Of a DNA stretch of 37,616 nucleotides, positions 37,221 to 37,616 are shown one piece after another (within the stretch, counting starts at the first letter, position 1; each line of letters begins with the position of its first letter). The translations under genes were made by a program, and so were the position numbers. This DNA is from Candidatus Woesearchaeota archaeon (lineage in GTDB: Archaea; Nanobdellota; Nanobdellia; Woesearchaeales; GCA-2687795). The DNA is taken from contig JASMCJ010000050.1 of assembly GCA_030753365.1 (NCBI GenBank), positions 1 through 37,616 on the forward strand, in the 5' to 3' direction. The notes under the pieces were generated by a model. That model was not told the DNA's origin and did not search any database. It saw only the letters and a program-made list of their open reading frames with translations.

Positions 37221-37616
37221 ATGATAAGAGAACCAATTGTCTCAGGTCAGTTTTATCCTAATTCTTTTGATGGGCTTGATAAGCAGATTAAAGAGAGCTT
37301 TACTTCAAAGTTTGGGCCTGGCGAGCTGCCTGTTGAGGGGAGAACAAAGAATGTTGTTGGGATTGTTTCACCGCATGCTGGTTATACTTTTTCAGGAGCT
37401 GGCGCTGCATGGGGGTTTAAGGAGATTGCTGAAAGCAAATTTCCTGAGCTGTTTGTTATTCTTGGATTGAGCCACACAGGTTTTAATTCTTGCGTTACTT
37501 CACAGGATTTCAAAACGCCTTTTGGCTTGGTTAAGACTGATAAGGAGTTTATAGTGTCTCTTACAGAGAATTCAGAGCTGGAAGAGGATGATGAGGCTCA
37601 TAATCAAGAGCATTCT
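37221..37616 (+). CDS. amrB: AmmeMemoRadiSam system protein B / MEMO1 family, N-terminal part (runs off window)
   Basis: Not in the ORF track. Manual translation: MIREPIVSGQFYP...VSPHAGYTFSG...ILGLSHTG...FKTPFG...AHNQEHS. Confidence 0.9.
   Translation, partial: MIREPIVSGQFYPNSFDGLDKQIKESFTSKFGPGELPVEGRTKNVVGIVSPHAGYTFSGAGAAWGFKEIAESKFPELFVILGLSHTGFNSCVTSQDFKTPFGLVKTDKEFIVSLTENSELEEDDEAHNQEHS

Noticed and set aside
37237-37470. Listed 77-aa ORF
   Set aside because: It is an out-of-frame shadow of the AmrB/MEMO1 frame starting at 37221.
1-37616. Genome-wide stop-codon reassignment explaining the three in-frame stops
   Set aside because: TAA, TAG (e.g. tpiA) and TGA (e.g. the RbgA-like GTPase) all end conserved genes at expected positions.
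1-37616. tRNA or rRNA genes
   Set aside because: No intergenic segment shows a cloverleaf, a GGTTCGA T-loop or rRNA-like GC-rich sequence.

Overview
An AT-rich, gene-dense archaeal chromosomal window. Top6B, aIF2-gamma, Rpp21, Dim2-like KH protein, oapABC and archaeal TATA/BRE promoters mark it as archaeal, and the compact style plus several bacterial-type genes (lgt, tpiA, RluB-like synthase, HelY-like helicase) suggest a DPANN lineage such as Woesearchaeota (inference). It holds about 40 coding regions, mostly housekeeping, with no rRNA, tRNA, CRISPR array or transposase visible. Notable items: (1) a ~30-nt-periodic array of AGAAA...TTTCT hairpins with co-varying inner stems beside the origin-associated oapABC operon, plus three other intergenic palindromic cassettes; (2) an intact bacterial-type Lgt with two lipobox-bearing candidate substrates, one a cyclophilin with a possible second internal start; (3) three genes each interrupted by one in-frame stop, including a secreted Kazal/coiled-coil protein whose second Kazal domain lies behind a TAA; (4) an AsnB-Dph6 fusion, a candidate HEPN protein, a structured 5' leader upstream of a RecJ-like gene and an unlisted zinc-finger microprotein. 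All family assignments come from motif recognition by eye, not database searches.
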